A DNA stretch of 64,000 nucleotides from Macrostomum lignano (taxonomy: Eukaryota), in contig NIVC01002343.1 of NCBI GenBank assembly GCA_002269645.1, positions 46,555-110,554 of the forward strand. The letters are read 5' to 3'. The notes beneath the pieces were generated by a model. It was given only the letters and a program-made list of their open reading frames with translations. It had not been told where the DNA came from and did no database searches. Each line of letters begins with the position of its first letter. Position 1 is the stretch's first letter. Of the stretch, positions 1 to 13,200 are shown piece after piece. A program made the position numbers and the translations under genes.

Positions 1-975
<975 letters not shown>

Positions 976-989
976 AACTACATAAAGAA

Positions 990-1260
990 GCTGTGAGCAG
1001 TCGTACAGAGATTTCTTGGTAACCCCAAGGTATCCAACCATAAGCAACTCATTGAGGACCTGCTCAAATCATACAGAAGAAAAGCAGTGAGCTCTCACCG
1101 AGGCTACAAAATGGGTGACTACTCAGAAGAGCACGGATGCCATCAGAACATCAAGGGCTTTGAGCAGGGGTAACAAAGGCCAAGAACATTGCTTTCTGCA
1201 GCCTTTGTTCTACAAAGAGCAACTTCTGATTAAATGCCGATGAAGTAAGAAGCTGTTGGG
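990..1260 (+). mobile_element. Degenerate DNA-transposon transposase fragment (family uncertain, possibly CMC/Chapaev-like)
   Basis: Translates to FLGNPKVSNHKQLIEDLLKSYR ... MGDYSEEHG-CHQNIK with deletions and a stop. This resembles the FLGNxKxxNYxxLVxxLLxxY ... SDEHGERFHQDI motif I recall from invertebrate transposases; family assignment is from memory only. Confidence 0.5.
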
Positions 1261-1406
1261 AAAGAATAATAAAATAATTTTACTAAGCTGAAGTTTTGTT
1301 GCAAACTGAAATCAGGAGGTGGAGCAACATTTTTTGCTACAGGCTGCGTGCTTTTTCCGAATTGTCACTCCTGCATTGAAGCCGACATACGGCTACACGG
1401 TGAAAG

Positions 1407-1656
1407 CATTCCCTGTGAATTCACTGGCACATTCCCAATTCCCTGTGAATTCACCGTCACATTCCCAATTCCCTGTGAATTCACCGTCACATTCCCAATT
1501 CCCTGTGAATTCACCGTCACATTCCCAATTCCCTGTGAATTCACCGTCACATTCCCAATTCCCTGTGAATTCACCGTCACATTCCCAATTCCCTGTGAAT
1601 TCACCGTCACATTCCCAATTCCCTGTGAATTCACCGTCACATTCCCAATTCCCTGT
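1407..1656. repeat. 30-bp minisatellite, ~8 copies (TTCCCTGTGAATTCACCGTCACATTCCCAA)
   Basis: Near-perfect tandem copies visible; explains the repetitive ORFs at 1319-1807. Confidence 0.97.
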
Positions 1657-2129
1657 CTCAGGCCCGGTTTATCCTCCCCTTCAAGGCTTTAAGCTGCCTG
1701 CAGGGGTCTGTCCAGCACTTCTTGTTGATTGGCACTTGCCACCGGCTCCAAAGCAGGCCGCTAATCTGCCGGATTTCTGGCGGCACAATTTTCCCCTTCC
1801 CCTTTGAGCGCTTTGGATCTCCCTGATTACCGCGCTGTACATCAGTGGACTCAGCACAAGATGAGGTGAGCAGTGAGGAAGGGATTAGTGAGCTCAGGCT
1901 GCACTCAGCAGAATTAGTCTGGCAGTCACCACCCGGTGGTTAAAAATAGCCGCAGATCTGGCGACTGTCTATGGCCGGGAGGGCCTCGGGCCCGCGGTGT
2001 ACAGTCAGCTCTAGTGAGCGATCTATTCCTAGGCAGCTAACACAGCTAGCAGCGAGAGCAGTGGTTGGAAAGCACAGATTGGGAGCCCGAGCGGATTCTA
2101 AAGTGCACTCAGGCCAGCCAGTCGCCAGC

Positions 2130-4396
2130 ATGACCGGCAGCTCCAGCATCGTCACCCGCAAGCTCGTGCCGGCACCGGCCGCGCCCGAGTCCCGCAACCT
2201 CAACAACCTGGCCAACGTGAACAACAGCTCGCACTACCCGCCGGTGCCCTACCCCCCACTGGCGGACTCCAGCGACTATGAGGTGCAGGTGCACGTGAAC
2301 TTCCAGACCAGGGAGATGCGCCTGCTGCGCGTGCAGGGCGTCGCCGACACCGAGGGCGCCGACGTGCTGCTGTTCACCAGGCAGAAATGCCGCGCGGACT
2401 GCGCGGACAGTGCCTGCCAGGCCTGTCGCACGCAGAAGCTGTACCAGGACCGCGCTGGCGACCCGCAGGGCTCCGTGCCCTTCACGCCGCACCAGGAGTA
2501 TCTGTACTGCCTGCGCTTCGACAAGCAGCCCGTCACCGCGCTGCTGGCGCTGACACCGCGAGAGCAAGACGTTGAAGTGCAGGAGAAGGGCGTCCTGGCC
2601 TACTGGTTCATGAAGTGGCTGGAACGGGCCAAGATCCTCAACCCCACTGGCGCGGTGGACGAGATCGGCAGCAGGCCGCTCGGCATCAAACCGGTCGCCT
2701 CCGCCCCGGCCGAGCCCGCGCCGGTGCAGCAGGCGGAGCCGCAACCGCCGCCCCGCCGCCGCCGCCCCCGCCAACATCGCTGCCGCCCCCACCGCCACCG
2801 CCGCCGCCGCCGTCGGAGGTCGAGGACCCGTACGACCAGCTTAAGGAGGAGGCACCGCAAGCGGAGGACCAGGCACCGCAAGCAGAGGACCAGGCACCGC
2901 AAGCGGAGGACCAGGCACCGCAAGCAGAGGACCAGGCACCGCAAGCGGAGGACCAGGCACCCGCCACCGAGGAGTGCCCGCACAAGCAGACCAGCGACTA
3001 CCTGCCCAACATGCAGGTGATCTACCAGGTGAAGAAGGACCAGCTGGGCGTCGTGCTGCCCAAGCCGGAGCAGCTCACCCGGCCCATCGACATCATTCTG
3101 ATCTCGCACGAAGAGGGCAACAGCAAGGTGCAGTCGGTCACGATGGAGCCGGGCGCGGTGAAGAGCGGCAGCAACCTGGTGGCGCTGCGCAATATGGCGT
3201 ACACCCTGCGGGTGCAGCTGCACGGCCTGGGCCGCCCCGTGGACTTGCTCGACTTCATCACCGAGCAGAAGATTTTGCGCGTCCAGGAATCAAAGGATGC
3301 CCCCAAGCAGCTCAACTTCCTGATGGAGCGCCTCATCGAGCAGCGCGGCACCTTCGTGCTGCACATCACTTTCGACGAGAAAATCGTGGAGGTCGGCACG
3401 AAGCCGCTCGGCGAGTTCTACCTGGACGTCGATGTTGACGCGCACCGGATGCTGATCGGCACCATCAAGTCGCACGTAGCCAAGCACTACCGCGTGGAGA
3501 AGGTGCTCAAGGAGACCAACTCGAACATCCTGCTGGCCGACAAGCAGCTCGTGTTCGAGGGCGGCGTGGACCCCGACAGCCTGACAATCCGGGAGAGCAT
3601 CCCCATCGAGCGGATGTCCGACTATCTCATCACGGTGGTGGACCCCGCCACCAAGCAGACGCTGCCCACCAGCGTGCTGGCCTTCCAGCGCAACGCCCTG
3701 TACGTCAAGGAAATCAAAAACAGCGACGTCCGCCTGCACGTGACGGTGCAGCGGCAGCCCACCATGGTGTCGCAGTCCTCCAACGCCAACAACCGGCGCT
3801 CCGCCGCCTCGCCGCTGATCTCCGTGGACCGGCAGGACCCAAGCGACCCCAGCTCGGCCTTCCACTGCCCGTTCCGCAGCGGCTGGAACTGCTTCCGCAT
3901 TCACCACAGCGCCTGCGCCGAGGGCGACCGCCCGCCGCTGTCTTCTGTCGGCTCCGCCTCGCCCGCCGAGTCCGTCCGAGACGCCGAGACGGCCACCGCG
4001 GCCACCGGCCAACTGGCGACATCCTCAACGTCCGAGCCAGTCAGCGGGCGGCGCAGCTCGACCGCCAAGTCCGCCAGCTTCAGCCTCGACGTCGACCTGC
4101 CGGCGCTGAAGGCCCGCCTGCTGCCCTGCGGCGAGGCGGCCGCTGCCCAGCCTCCCAGATCGGCGCTCTTCATCATCTACGAGGAGAGCTACGACGGCAA
4201 ACTGCGCTCTACGCCCTGCCACCTGGGCCAGGCCTTCAAGGTGAAGCACTGGTGCAAGTACACCGTCAAGTGCGTGGAGTCCGACTGCCTGAACCCTCTG
4301 CTGACCTTCTGCATCACCGACAAGGAAGTCGCCGACGTCCGCGCCTGCAGCTCCTCTGTGCGGCTCAGCAAGAGGTTCGTCCACGAGGTCGTCTGA
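2130..4396 (+). CDS. Intronless orphan protein (~755 aa): N-terminal Cys-containing region, poly-Pro, 5x QAPQAED, central region with a possible ubiquitin-like fold; one apparent -1 frameshift near 2750
   Basis: GC3-rich codon style from ATG 2130 (gccagcATG) to TGA 4396. ORFs 1971..3020 and 2615..4396 join in the CCG/CCC Pro tract; 2267 nt + 1 = 756 codons. AATAAA at 4520. An upstream in-frame ATG at 1971 is an alternative start. Confidence 0.75.
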
Positions 4397-4519
4397 CCCC
4401 AGCCGACCCCGCCTGTGTTGCGCCGATTCTGCGACCTATTTTTGAATTTGACCGCACAGCATTTGTTTGCCAGTCAGTTTTCTGTTCCTCCAGGTCCCCC
4501 CATTATTTTGAACGAAAAC

Positions 4520-4525
4520 AATAAA
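4520..4525 (+). terminator. Putative polyadenylation signal AATAAA of the orphan gene
   Basis: AATAAA ~125 nt after the stop codon. Confidence 0.5.
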
Positions 4526-4689
4526 AACCTCCGCACTTTGCTCTGCTGGCGAGAATTTTGCGGTTAAATTGGCAGCGCAGTTTATAAAATGTCAATTCTT
4601 CTGAAGCCGACAAAATGACCCTCCTGCTCTCGTGTCCCTTGCATGCCATTTTCAATTTGCTTGGTGGCTTCTTGCAGTCTAATACTTAA

Positions 4690-5110
4690 AGTCACTCACT
4701 CAGTGCGCGATCCGATCCTCAAGTCACTCTACTCAGTGTGCGATCTGATCCTCAAGTCACTCTACTCAGTGTGCGATCTGATCCTCAAGTCACTCTACTC
4801 AGTGTGCGATCTGATCCTCAAGTCACTTTACTCAGTGTGCGATCTGATCCTCAAGTCACTCTACTCAGTGTGCGATCTGATCCTCAAGTCACTTTACTCA
4901 GTGTGCGATCTGATCCTCAAGTCACTTTACTCAGTGTGCGATCTGATCCTCAAGTCACTCTAATCAGTGTGCGATCTGATCCTCAAGTCACTCTACTCAG
5001 TGTGCGATCTGATCCTCAAGTCACTCTACTCAGTGTGCGATCCGATCCTCAAGTCACTCTACTCAGTGTGCGATCTGATCCTCAAGTCACTCTACTCAGT
5101 GTGCGATTTG
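4690..5110. repeat. 33-bp minisatellite, ~12 copies (GTGTGCGATCTGATCCTCAAGTCACTCTACTCA)
   Basis: Direct tandem copies. Confidence 0.97.
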
Positions 5111-5785
5111 ATCATTGAGTCACCAGCCGTTAGTTGCATGGCAGGATCTGATGAATTCAGTTCAGCTGGTGATTCGCTCCCAATGCAGTCCTACTGCCTC
5201 ATCAAGTGCAGTGTACCAGATAGAACACGGGAACATGTAGGAGTTGAAGGCTGAGCTGCATCATCACACTCTCTTTCATTATCTCATCAGAAGTAATTGA
5301 TTCATTATTACAGAGAGCTTTTTTATTACAATTTATTTCCCACGTTTACAATGCCGTCAGTTTAAAGGCTTTTTTCTGCTTTTACTGCCCTAGATAGGGC
5401 CGGGCTTAACTAAAAGCAAGATTTCTATAACCGCTCTTCTAAATTAATCGAGTTTAGCACTTTTGTACGCTCCAATATCATGTTTACCGATTGGCAGTCC
5501 CCTATGCGGCTTCAATTCCTGGAAAACTTCATTAACCGTTGGCTGGTTGAACATGCTCCTGTCGGAGAAGCGGTTTGAAGTGGTGTGCAGCGGTTCCGCA
5601 GCCCCCCCCCCGTAGCCGCTCCAGTTCCGCTTCTCTATCGATGCCAATGGAAACCACGATGTTGTGAAGAGTTTAAGAGAGGTGATCAGTCACTCGAAAA
5701 CTCCCACTTCTAGACACTGGACAACAAGTGCCTATAGGTATATGCAAAATCAAACAACTCTCACTGCGGCGGATCCTCTTGTCCC

Positions 5786-6347
5786 TGAATGGGACAGGGA
5801 CAGCCCACTGAATGGGACAGGGACAGCCCACTGAATGGGACAGGGACAGCCCACTGAATGGGACAGGGACAGCCCACTGAATGGGACAGGGACAGCCCTA
5901 CACTGAATGAATGTGACAGGGACAGCCCTACACTGAATGGGACAGGGACAGCCCACTGAATGGGACAGGGACAGCCCACTGAATGGGACAGGGACAGCCC
6001 ACTGAATGGGACAGGGACAGCCCTACACTGAATGAATGTGACAGGGACAGCCCTACACTGAATGGGACAGGGACAGCCCACTGAATGGGACAGGGACAGC
6101 CCACTGAATGGGACAGGGACAGCCCACTGAATGGGACAGGGACAGCACACTGAATGGGACAGGGACAGCACACTGAATGGGACAGGGACAGCACACTGAA
6201 TGGGACAGGGACAGCCCACTGAATGGGACAGGGACAGCACACTGAATGGGACAGGGACAGCCCACTGAATGGGACAGGGACAGCCCACTGAATGGGACAG
6301 GGACAGCCCACTGAATGGGACAGGGACAGCCCACTGAATGGGACAGC
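5786..6347. repeat. 23-bp minisatellite, ~24 copies (CTGAATGGGACAGGGACAGCCCA)
   Basis: Direct tandem copies with minor variants. Confidence 0.97.
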
Positions 6348-6430
6348 TGGCTCACATCCAATATGTCTTTTCAGCAGGCTCGCATCTCTAGGCAAAAACG
6401 AAGACTCCGAATATCCGTCCAGAATCAAAG

Positions 6431-9100
6431 TCCTATATACTAAAAATGTGATGTCTATATATATATATGTGATCGATTAGAGAAAAAATGGCTGGACCGA
6501 TTTTGTTCGAACTTGCACTGTTCGATCAGAAATTTTCCCGTGACGGTACATGCATCGTGGCTAAGAAATTGCTCGATGCTAAAGGCATTAAATATTCGAA
6601 AAACATGCTTTTTTGCAAAGGTCAAGCAAACTTTTTGACTTGAAATGCATTGTAAGAATGCTAGAGAAAAAACTGACTGGTTGAATTCTGACTCTGAAAT
6701 AGATTGCATCATAACTGAATTGTAACTCCGACTTGAATTGAAAATGCAGTGTGGAAGCGTAGCACCAGACTTGATTTAAATTGCGTAACCATATTGTTAA
6801 CTGATACTGACTGACTGAGAAACTGATTATGTCATAACTGCTTCGTGTGATTTACTCTATGCTTGGATTTAAAAGTGTTGAGTTATATAAGTGCAAAAGT
6901 TGATGTTATCAAAACGATGAGAGCTAGCCTAAAGGTGAACAAACTGAACTGCTAAATGCAGTGACGATGGTTTGAATTTTCGATGGTTTGAATTTGAGTA
7001 TAATTTTTTTAATTAAAGCTTTTCAACGTCAGGAAAACTAAAAGACTTTTTAAAAAGAAGCGTCATATAAAAATCGTAGAAGCGTCATGTAAACAATCAT
7101 AGAAGCGTCATGTAAAAAATCGTAGAAGCGTCATGTAAAAAATCTTAGAAGCGTCATGTAAACAATCATAGAAGCGTCATGTAAACAATCATAGAAGCGT
7201 CATGTAAAAAATCGTAGAAGCGTCATGTAAAAAATCTTAGAAGCGTCATGTAAACAATCATAGAAGCATCATGTAAACAATCATAGAAGCGTCATGTAAA
7301 CAATCATAGAAGCGTAAACAATCATAGAAGCGTCATGTTAACAATCATAGAAGCGTCATGTAAACAATCATAGAAGCGTCATGTAAACAATCATAGAAGC
7401 GTCATGTAAAAAATCATAGAAGCGTCATATAAAAATCGTAGAGGCGTCATTTAAAAAACCATAGAAGCGTCATGTAAACAATCATAGAAGCGTCATGTAA
7501 ACAATCATAGAAGCGTCATGTTAACAATCATAGAAGCGTCATGTAAAAAATCATAGAAGCGTCATATAAAAATCGTAGAAGCGTCATGTAAACAATCATA
7601 AAAGCGTCATGTAAAAAATCGTAGAAGCGTCATGTAAAAAATCTTAGAAGCGTCATGTAAAAAATCTTAGAAGCGTCATGTAAACAATCATAGAAGCGTT
7701 ATGTAAACAATCATAGAAGCGTCATGTAAACAATCATAGAAGCGTCATGTTAACAATCATAGAAGCGTCATGTAAACAATCATAGAAGCGTCATGTTAAC
7801 AATCATAGAAGCGTCATGTAAACAATCATAGAAGCGTCATGTAAAAAATCATAGAAGCGTCATATAAAAATCTTAGAAGCGTCATGTAAACAATCATAAA
7901 AGCATCATGTAAAAAATCGTAGAAGCGTCATGTAAAAAATCTTAGAAGCGTCATGTAAAAAATCTTAGAAGCGTCATGTAAACAATCATAGAAGCGTCAT
8001 GTAAACAATCATAGAAGCGTCATGTAAACAATCATAGAAGCGTCATGTTAACAATCATAGAAGCGTCATGTAAACAATCATAGAAGCGTCATTTAAAAAA
8101 TCATAGAAGCGTCATATAAACAATCATAGAAGCGTCATATAAAAATCGTAGAAGCGTCATGTAAACAATCATAGAAGCGTCATGTAAACAATCATAGAAG
8201 CGTCATGTAAAAAATCATAGAAGCGTCATGTAAACAATCATAGAAGCGTCATGTTAACAATCATAGAAGCGTCATGTAAAAAATCTTAGAAGCGTCATGT
8301 AAACAATCATAGAAGCGTTATGTAAACAATCATAGAAGCGTCATGTAAACAATCATAGAAGCGTCATGTTAACAATCATAGAAGCGTCATGTAAACAATC
8401 ATAGAAGCGTCATGTAAACAATCATAGAAGCGTCATGTAAAAAATCATAGAAGCGTCATATAAAAATCGTAGAAGCGTCATGTAAACAATCATAAAAGCA
8501 TCATGTAAAAAATCGTAGAAGCGTCATGTAAAAAATCTTAGAAGCGTCATGTAAAAAATCTTAGAAGCGTCATGTAAACAATCATAGAAGCGTCATGTAA
8601 ACAATCATAGAAGCGTCATGTAAACAATCATAGAAGCGTCATGTTAACAATCATAGAAGCGTCATGTAAACAATCATAGAAGCGTCATGTAAAAAATCAT
8701 AGAAGCGTCATATAAAAATCGTAGAAGCGTCATATAAAAATCGTAGAAGCGTCATGTAAACAATCATAGAAGCGTCATGTAAACAATCATAGAAGCGTCA
8801 TGTAAACAATCATAGAAGCGTCATGTAAACAATCATAGAAGCGTCATGTTAACAATCATAGAAGCGTCATGTAAACAATCATAGAAGCGTCATGTAAAAA
8901 ATCATAGAAGCGTCATGTAAACAATCATAGAAGCGTCATGTAAAAAATCATAGAAGCGTCATGTAAAAAATCATAGAAGCGTCATATAAAAATCGTAGAA
9001 GCGTCATGTAAACAATCATAAAAGCGTCATGTAAAAAATCGTAGAAGCGTCATGTAAACAATCATAGAGTATAATTTTTTTAATTAAAGCTTTTCAACGT
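6431..9100 (+). mobile_element. 3'-truncated copy of the satellite-bearing Helitron-like element
   Basis: 6431-7056 (starts TCCTATATACTAAAAATGTG) is near identical to 9605-10227 and is followed by the same 23-bp satellite; no hairpin-CTAG end. Confidence 0.7.
7057..9068. repeat. 23-bp satellite array 1, ~87 monomers (AGAAGCGTCATGTAAACAATCAT)
   Basis: Direct tandem copies with recurring variant monomers; copy number estimated as length/23. Confidence 0.98.
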
Positions 9101-9289
9101 AGACGGTAGAAAAGTAGACGGGCAATGTTTGCCAGAAAATGATGAAGGATGCTGGACCTATTCGGAATTATAGAGTAACTCCCCCCCCCCCAAGAAACTC
9201 CACTCATAGCCCAACTGTTTGCTTGCGCTTTTCAAGTAGGGAGCTGAAGCTGCCCTCTTTGTTGGGCAGCTGAGACAGTCTGCAGCAAA

Positions 9290-9333
9290 TCTATCTATCT
9301 ATCCATCTATCTATCTATCTATCTGTCTATCTG

Positions 9334-9372
<39 letters not shown>

Positions 9373-9404
9373 GTCTATCTATCTGTCTATCTATCTATCT
9401 ATCC

Positions 9405-9484
<80 letters not shown>

Positions 9485-9485
9485 G

Positions 9486-9533
<48 letters not shown>

Positions 9534-9534
9534 C

Positions 9535-9581
<47 letters not shown>

Positions 9582-9604
9582 CTATCTATCTATCTGTCTA
9601 TCTA
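9290..9604. repeat. (TCTA)n microsatellite abutting the 5' end of the Helitron-like element
   Basis: Read directly; ends ...TCTA|TCCTATATAC. Confidence 0.97.
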
Positions 9605-10227
9605 TCCTATATACTAAAAATGTGATGTCTATATATATATATGTGATCGATTAGAGAAAAAATGGCTGGACCGATTTTGTTCGAACTTGCACTGTTCGAT
9701 CAGAAATTTTCCCGTGACGGTACATGCATCGTGGCTAAGAAATTGCTCGATGCTAAAGGCATTAAATATTCGAAAAACATGCTTTTTGCAAAGGTCAAGC
9801 AAACTTTTTGACTTGAAATGCATTGTAAGAATGCTAGAGAAAAAACTGACTGGTTGAATTCTGACTCTGAAATAGATTGCATCATAACTGAATTGTAACT
9901 CCGACTTGAATTGAAAATGCAGTGTGGAAGCGTAGCACCAGACTTGATTTAAATTGCGTAACCATATTGTTAACTGATACTGACTGACTGAGAAACTGAT
10001 TATGTCATAACTGCTTCGTGTGATTTACTCTATGCTTGGATTTAAAAGTGTTGAGTTATATAAGTGCAAAAGTTGATGTTATCAAAACGATGAGAGCTAG
10101 CCTAAAGGTGAACAAACTGAACTGCTAAATGCAGTGACGATGGTTTGAATTTTCGATGGTTTGAATTTGAGTATAATTTTTTTAATTAAAGCTTTTCAAC
10201 GTCAGGAAAACTAAAAGACTTTTTAAA

Positions 10228-13200
10228 AAGAAGCGTCATATAAAAATCGTAGAAGCGTCATGTAAACAATCATAAAAGCGTCATGTAAAAAATCGTAGAA
10301 GCGTCATGTAAAAAATCTTAGAAGCGTCATGTAAACAATCATAGAAGCGTCATGTAAACAATCATAGAAGCGTCATGTAAAAAATCGTAGAAGCGTCATG
10401 TAAAAAATCTTAGAAGCGTACTGTAAACAATCATAGAAGCGTCATGTAAACAATCATAGAAGCGTAAACAATCATAGAAGCGTCATGTTAACAATCATAG
10501 AAGCGTCATGTAAACAATCATAGAAGCGTCATGTAAACAATCATAGAAGCGTCATGTAAAAAATCATAGAAGCGTCATATAAAAATCGTAGAAGCGTCAT
10601 TTAAAAAATCATAGAAGCGTCATGTAAACAATCATAGAAGCGTCATGTAAACAATCATAGAAGCGTCATGTTAACAATCATAGAAGCGTCATGTAAAAAA
10701 TCATAGAAGCGTCATGTAAACAATCATAGAAGCGCCATGTAAAAAATTGTAGAAGCGTCATGTAAACAATCATAGAAGCGTCATGTAAAAAGTCATAAAA
10801 GCGTCATAAAATCATAGAAGCGTCATGTAAAAAATCATAGAAGCGTCATGTAAAAAATCATAGAAGCGTCATGTAAACAATCATAGAAGCGTCATGTAAA
10901 CAATCATAGAAGCGTCATGTAAAAAAATCATAGAAGCGTCATGTAAACAATCATAGAAGCGTTATGTAAAAAATCGTAGAAGCGTCATGTAAAAAATCAT
11001 AGAAGCGTCATGTATAAAGCATAGAAGCGTTATGTAAAAAATCATAGAATCGTCATGAAAAAATCATAGAAGCGTCATGTAAACAATCATAGAAGCGTCA
11101 TGTAAAAAATCATAGAAGCGTCATATAAAAATCGTAGAAGCGTCATGTAAACAATCATAAAAGCATCATGTAAAAAATCGTAGAAGCGTCATGTAAAAAA
11201 TCTTAGAAGCGTCATGTAAAAATCTTAGAAGCGTCATGTAAACAATCATAGAAGCGTCATGTAAACAATCATAGAAGCGTCATGTAAACAATCATAGAAG
11301 CGTCATGTAAACAATCATAGAAGCGTCATGTAAACAATCATAGAAGCGTCATGTAAAAAATCATAGAAGCGTCATGTAAAAAATCATAGAAGCGTCATAT
11401 AAAATCGTAGAAGCGTCATGTAAACAATCATAGAAGCGTCATGTAAACAATCATAGAAGCGTCATGTAAACAATCATAGAAGCGTCATGTAAACAATCAT
11501 AGAAGCGTCAGGTTAACAATCATAGAAGCGTCATGTAAACAATCATAGAAGCGTCATGTAAAAAATCACAGAAGCGTCATGTAAAAAATCATAGAAGCGT
11601 CATATAAAAATCGTAGAAGCGTCATGTAAAAAATCTTAGAAGCGTCATGTAAACAATCATAGAAGCGTTATGTAAACAATCATAGAAGCGTCATGTAAAC
11701 AATCATAGAAGCGTCATGTTAACAATCATAGAAGCGTCATGTAAACAATCATAGAAGCGTTATGTAAACAATCATAGAAGCGTCATGTAAAAAATCATAG
11801 AAGCGTCATATAAAAATCGTAGAAGCGTCATGTAAACAATCATAAAAGCATCATGTAAAAAATCGTAGAAGCGTCATGTAAAAAATCTTAGAAGCGTCAT
11901 GTAAAAATCTTAGAAGCGTCATGTAAACAATCATAGAAGCGTCATGTAAACAATCATAGAAGCGTCATGTAAACAATCATAGAAGCGTCATGTTAACAAT
12001 CATAGAAGCGTCATGTAAACAATCATAGAAGCGTCATGTAAAAAATCATAGAAGCGTCATGTAAAAAATCATAGAAGCGTCATATAAAAATCGTAGAAGC
12101 GTCATGTAAACAATCATAGAAGCGTCATGTAAACAATCATAGAAGCGTCATGTAAACAATCATAGAAGCGTCATGTAAACAATCATAGAAGCGTCATGTT
12201 AACAATCATAGAAGCGTCATGTAAACAATCATAGAAGCGTCATGTTAACAATCATAGAAGCGTCATGTAAAAAATCATAGAAGCGTCATATAAAAATCGT
12301 AGAAGCGTCATGTAAACAATCATAAAGCGTCATGTAAAAAATCGTAGAAGCGTCATGTAAAAAATCTTAGAAGCGTCATGTAAACAATCATAGAAGCGTC
12401 ATGTAAACAATCATAGAAGCGTCATGTAAACAATCATAGAAGCGCCATGTAAAAAATCATAGAAGCGTCATGTAAACAATCATAGAAGCGTCATGTAAAA
12501 AATCATAGAAGCGTCATGTAAAAAAACATAGAAGCGTCATATAAAAATCGTAGAAGCGTCATGTAAACAATCATAAAAGCGTCATGTAAAAAATCGTAGA
12601 AGCGTCATGTAAAAAATCTTAGAAGCGTCATGTAAACAATCATAGAAGCGTCATGAAAACAATCATAGAAGCGTCATGTAAAAAATCGTAGAAGCGTCAT
12701 GTAAAAATCTTAGAAGCGTCATGTAAACAATCATAGAAGCGTCATGTAAACAATCATAGAAGCGTCATGTAAACAATCATACAAGCGCATGTAAAAAATC
12801 GTAGAAGCGTCATGTAAAAAATCGTAGAGCGTCATGTAAACAATCATAGAAGCGTCATGTAAAAAATCTTAGAAGCGTCATGTAAAAATCTTAGAAGCGT
12901 CATGTAAAAAATCGTAGAAGCGTCATGTAAAAAATCTAGAAGCGTCATGTAAACAATCATAGAAGCGTCATGTTAACAATCATAGAAGCGTCATGTAAAC
13001 AATCATAGAAGCGTCATGTAAACAATCATAGAAGCGTCATGTAAACAATCATAGAAGCGTCATGTAAAAATCATTGAAGCGTCATGTAAACAATCATGAA
13101 GCGTACTGTAAAAATCATAGAAGCGTCATGTAAACAATCATAGAAGCGTCATGTAAACAATCATAGAAACGTCATATAAAAATCATAGAAGCGTCATGTA

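Noticed and set aside
1971-4396. Bacterial contamination or recent horizontal transfer of the GC-rich intronless gene
   Set aside because: Codon style matches the host CNOT1 exons, it has an AATAAA signal and low-complexity eukaryote-like tracts, and there is no operon context.
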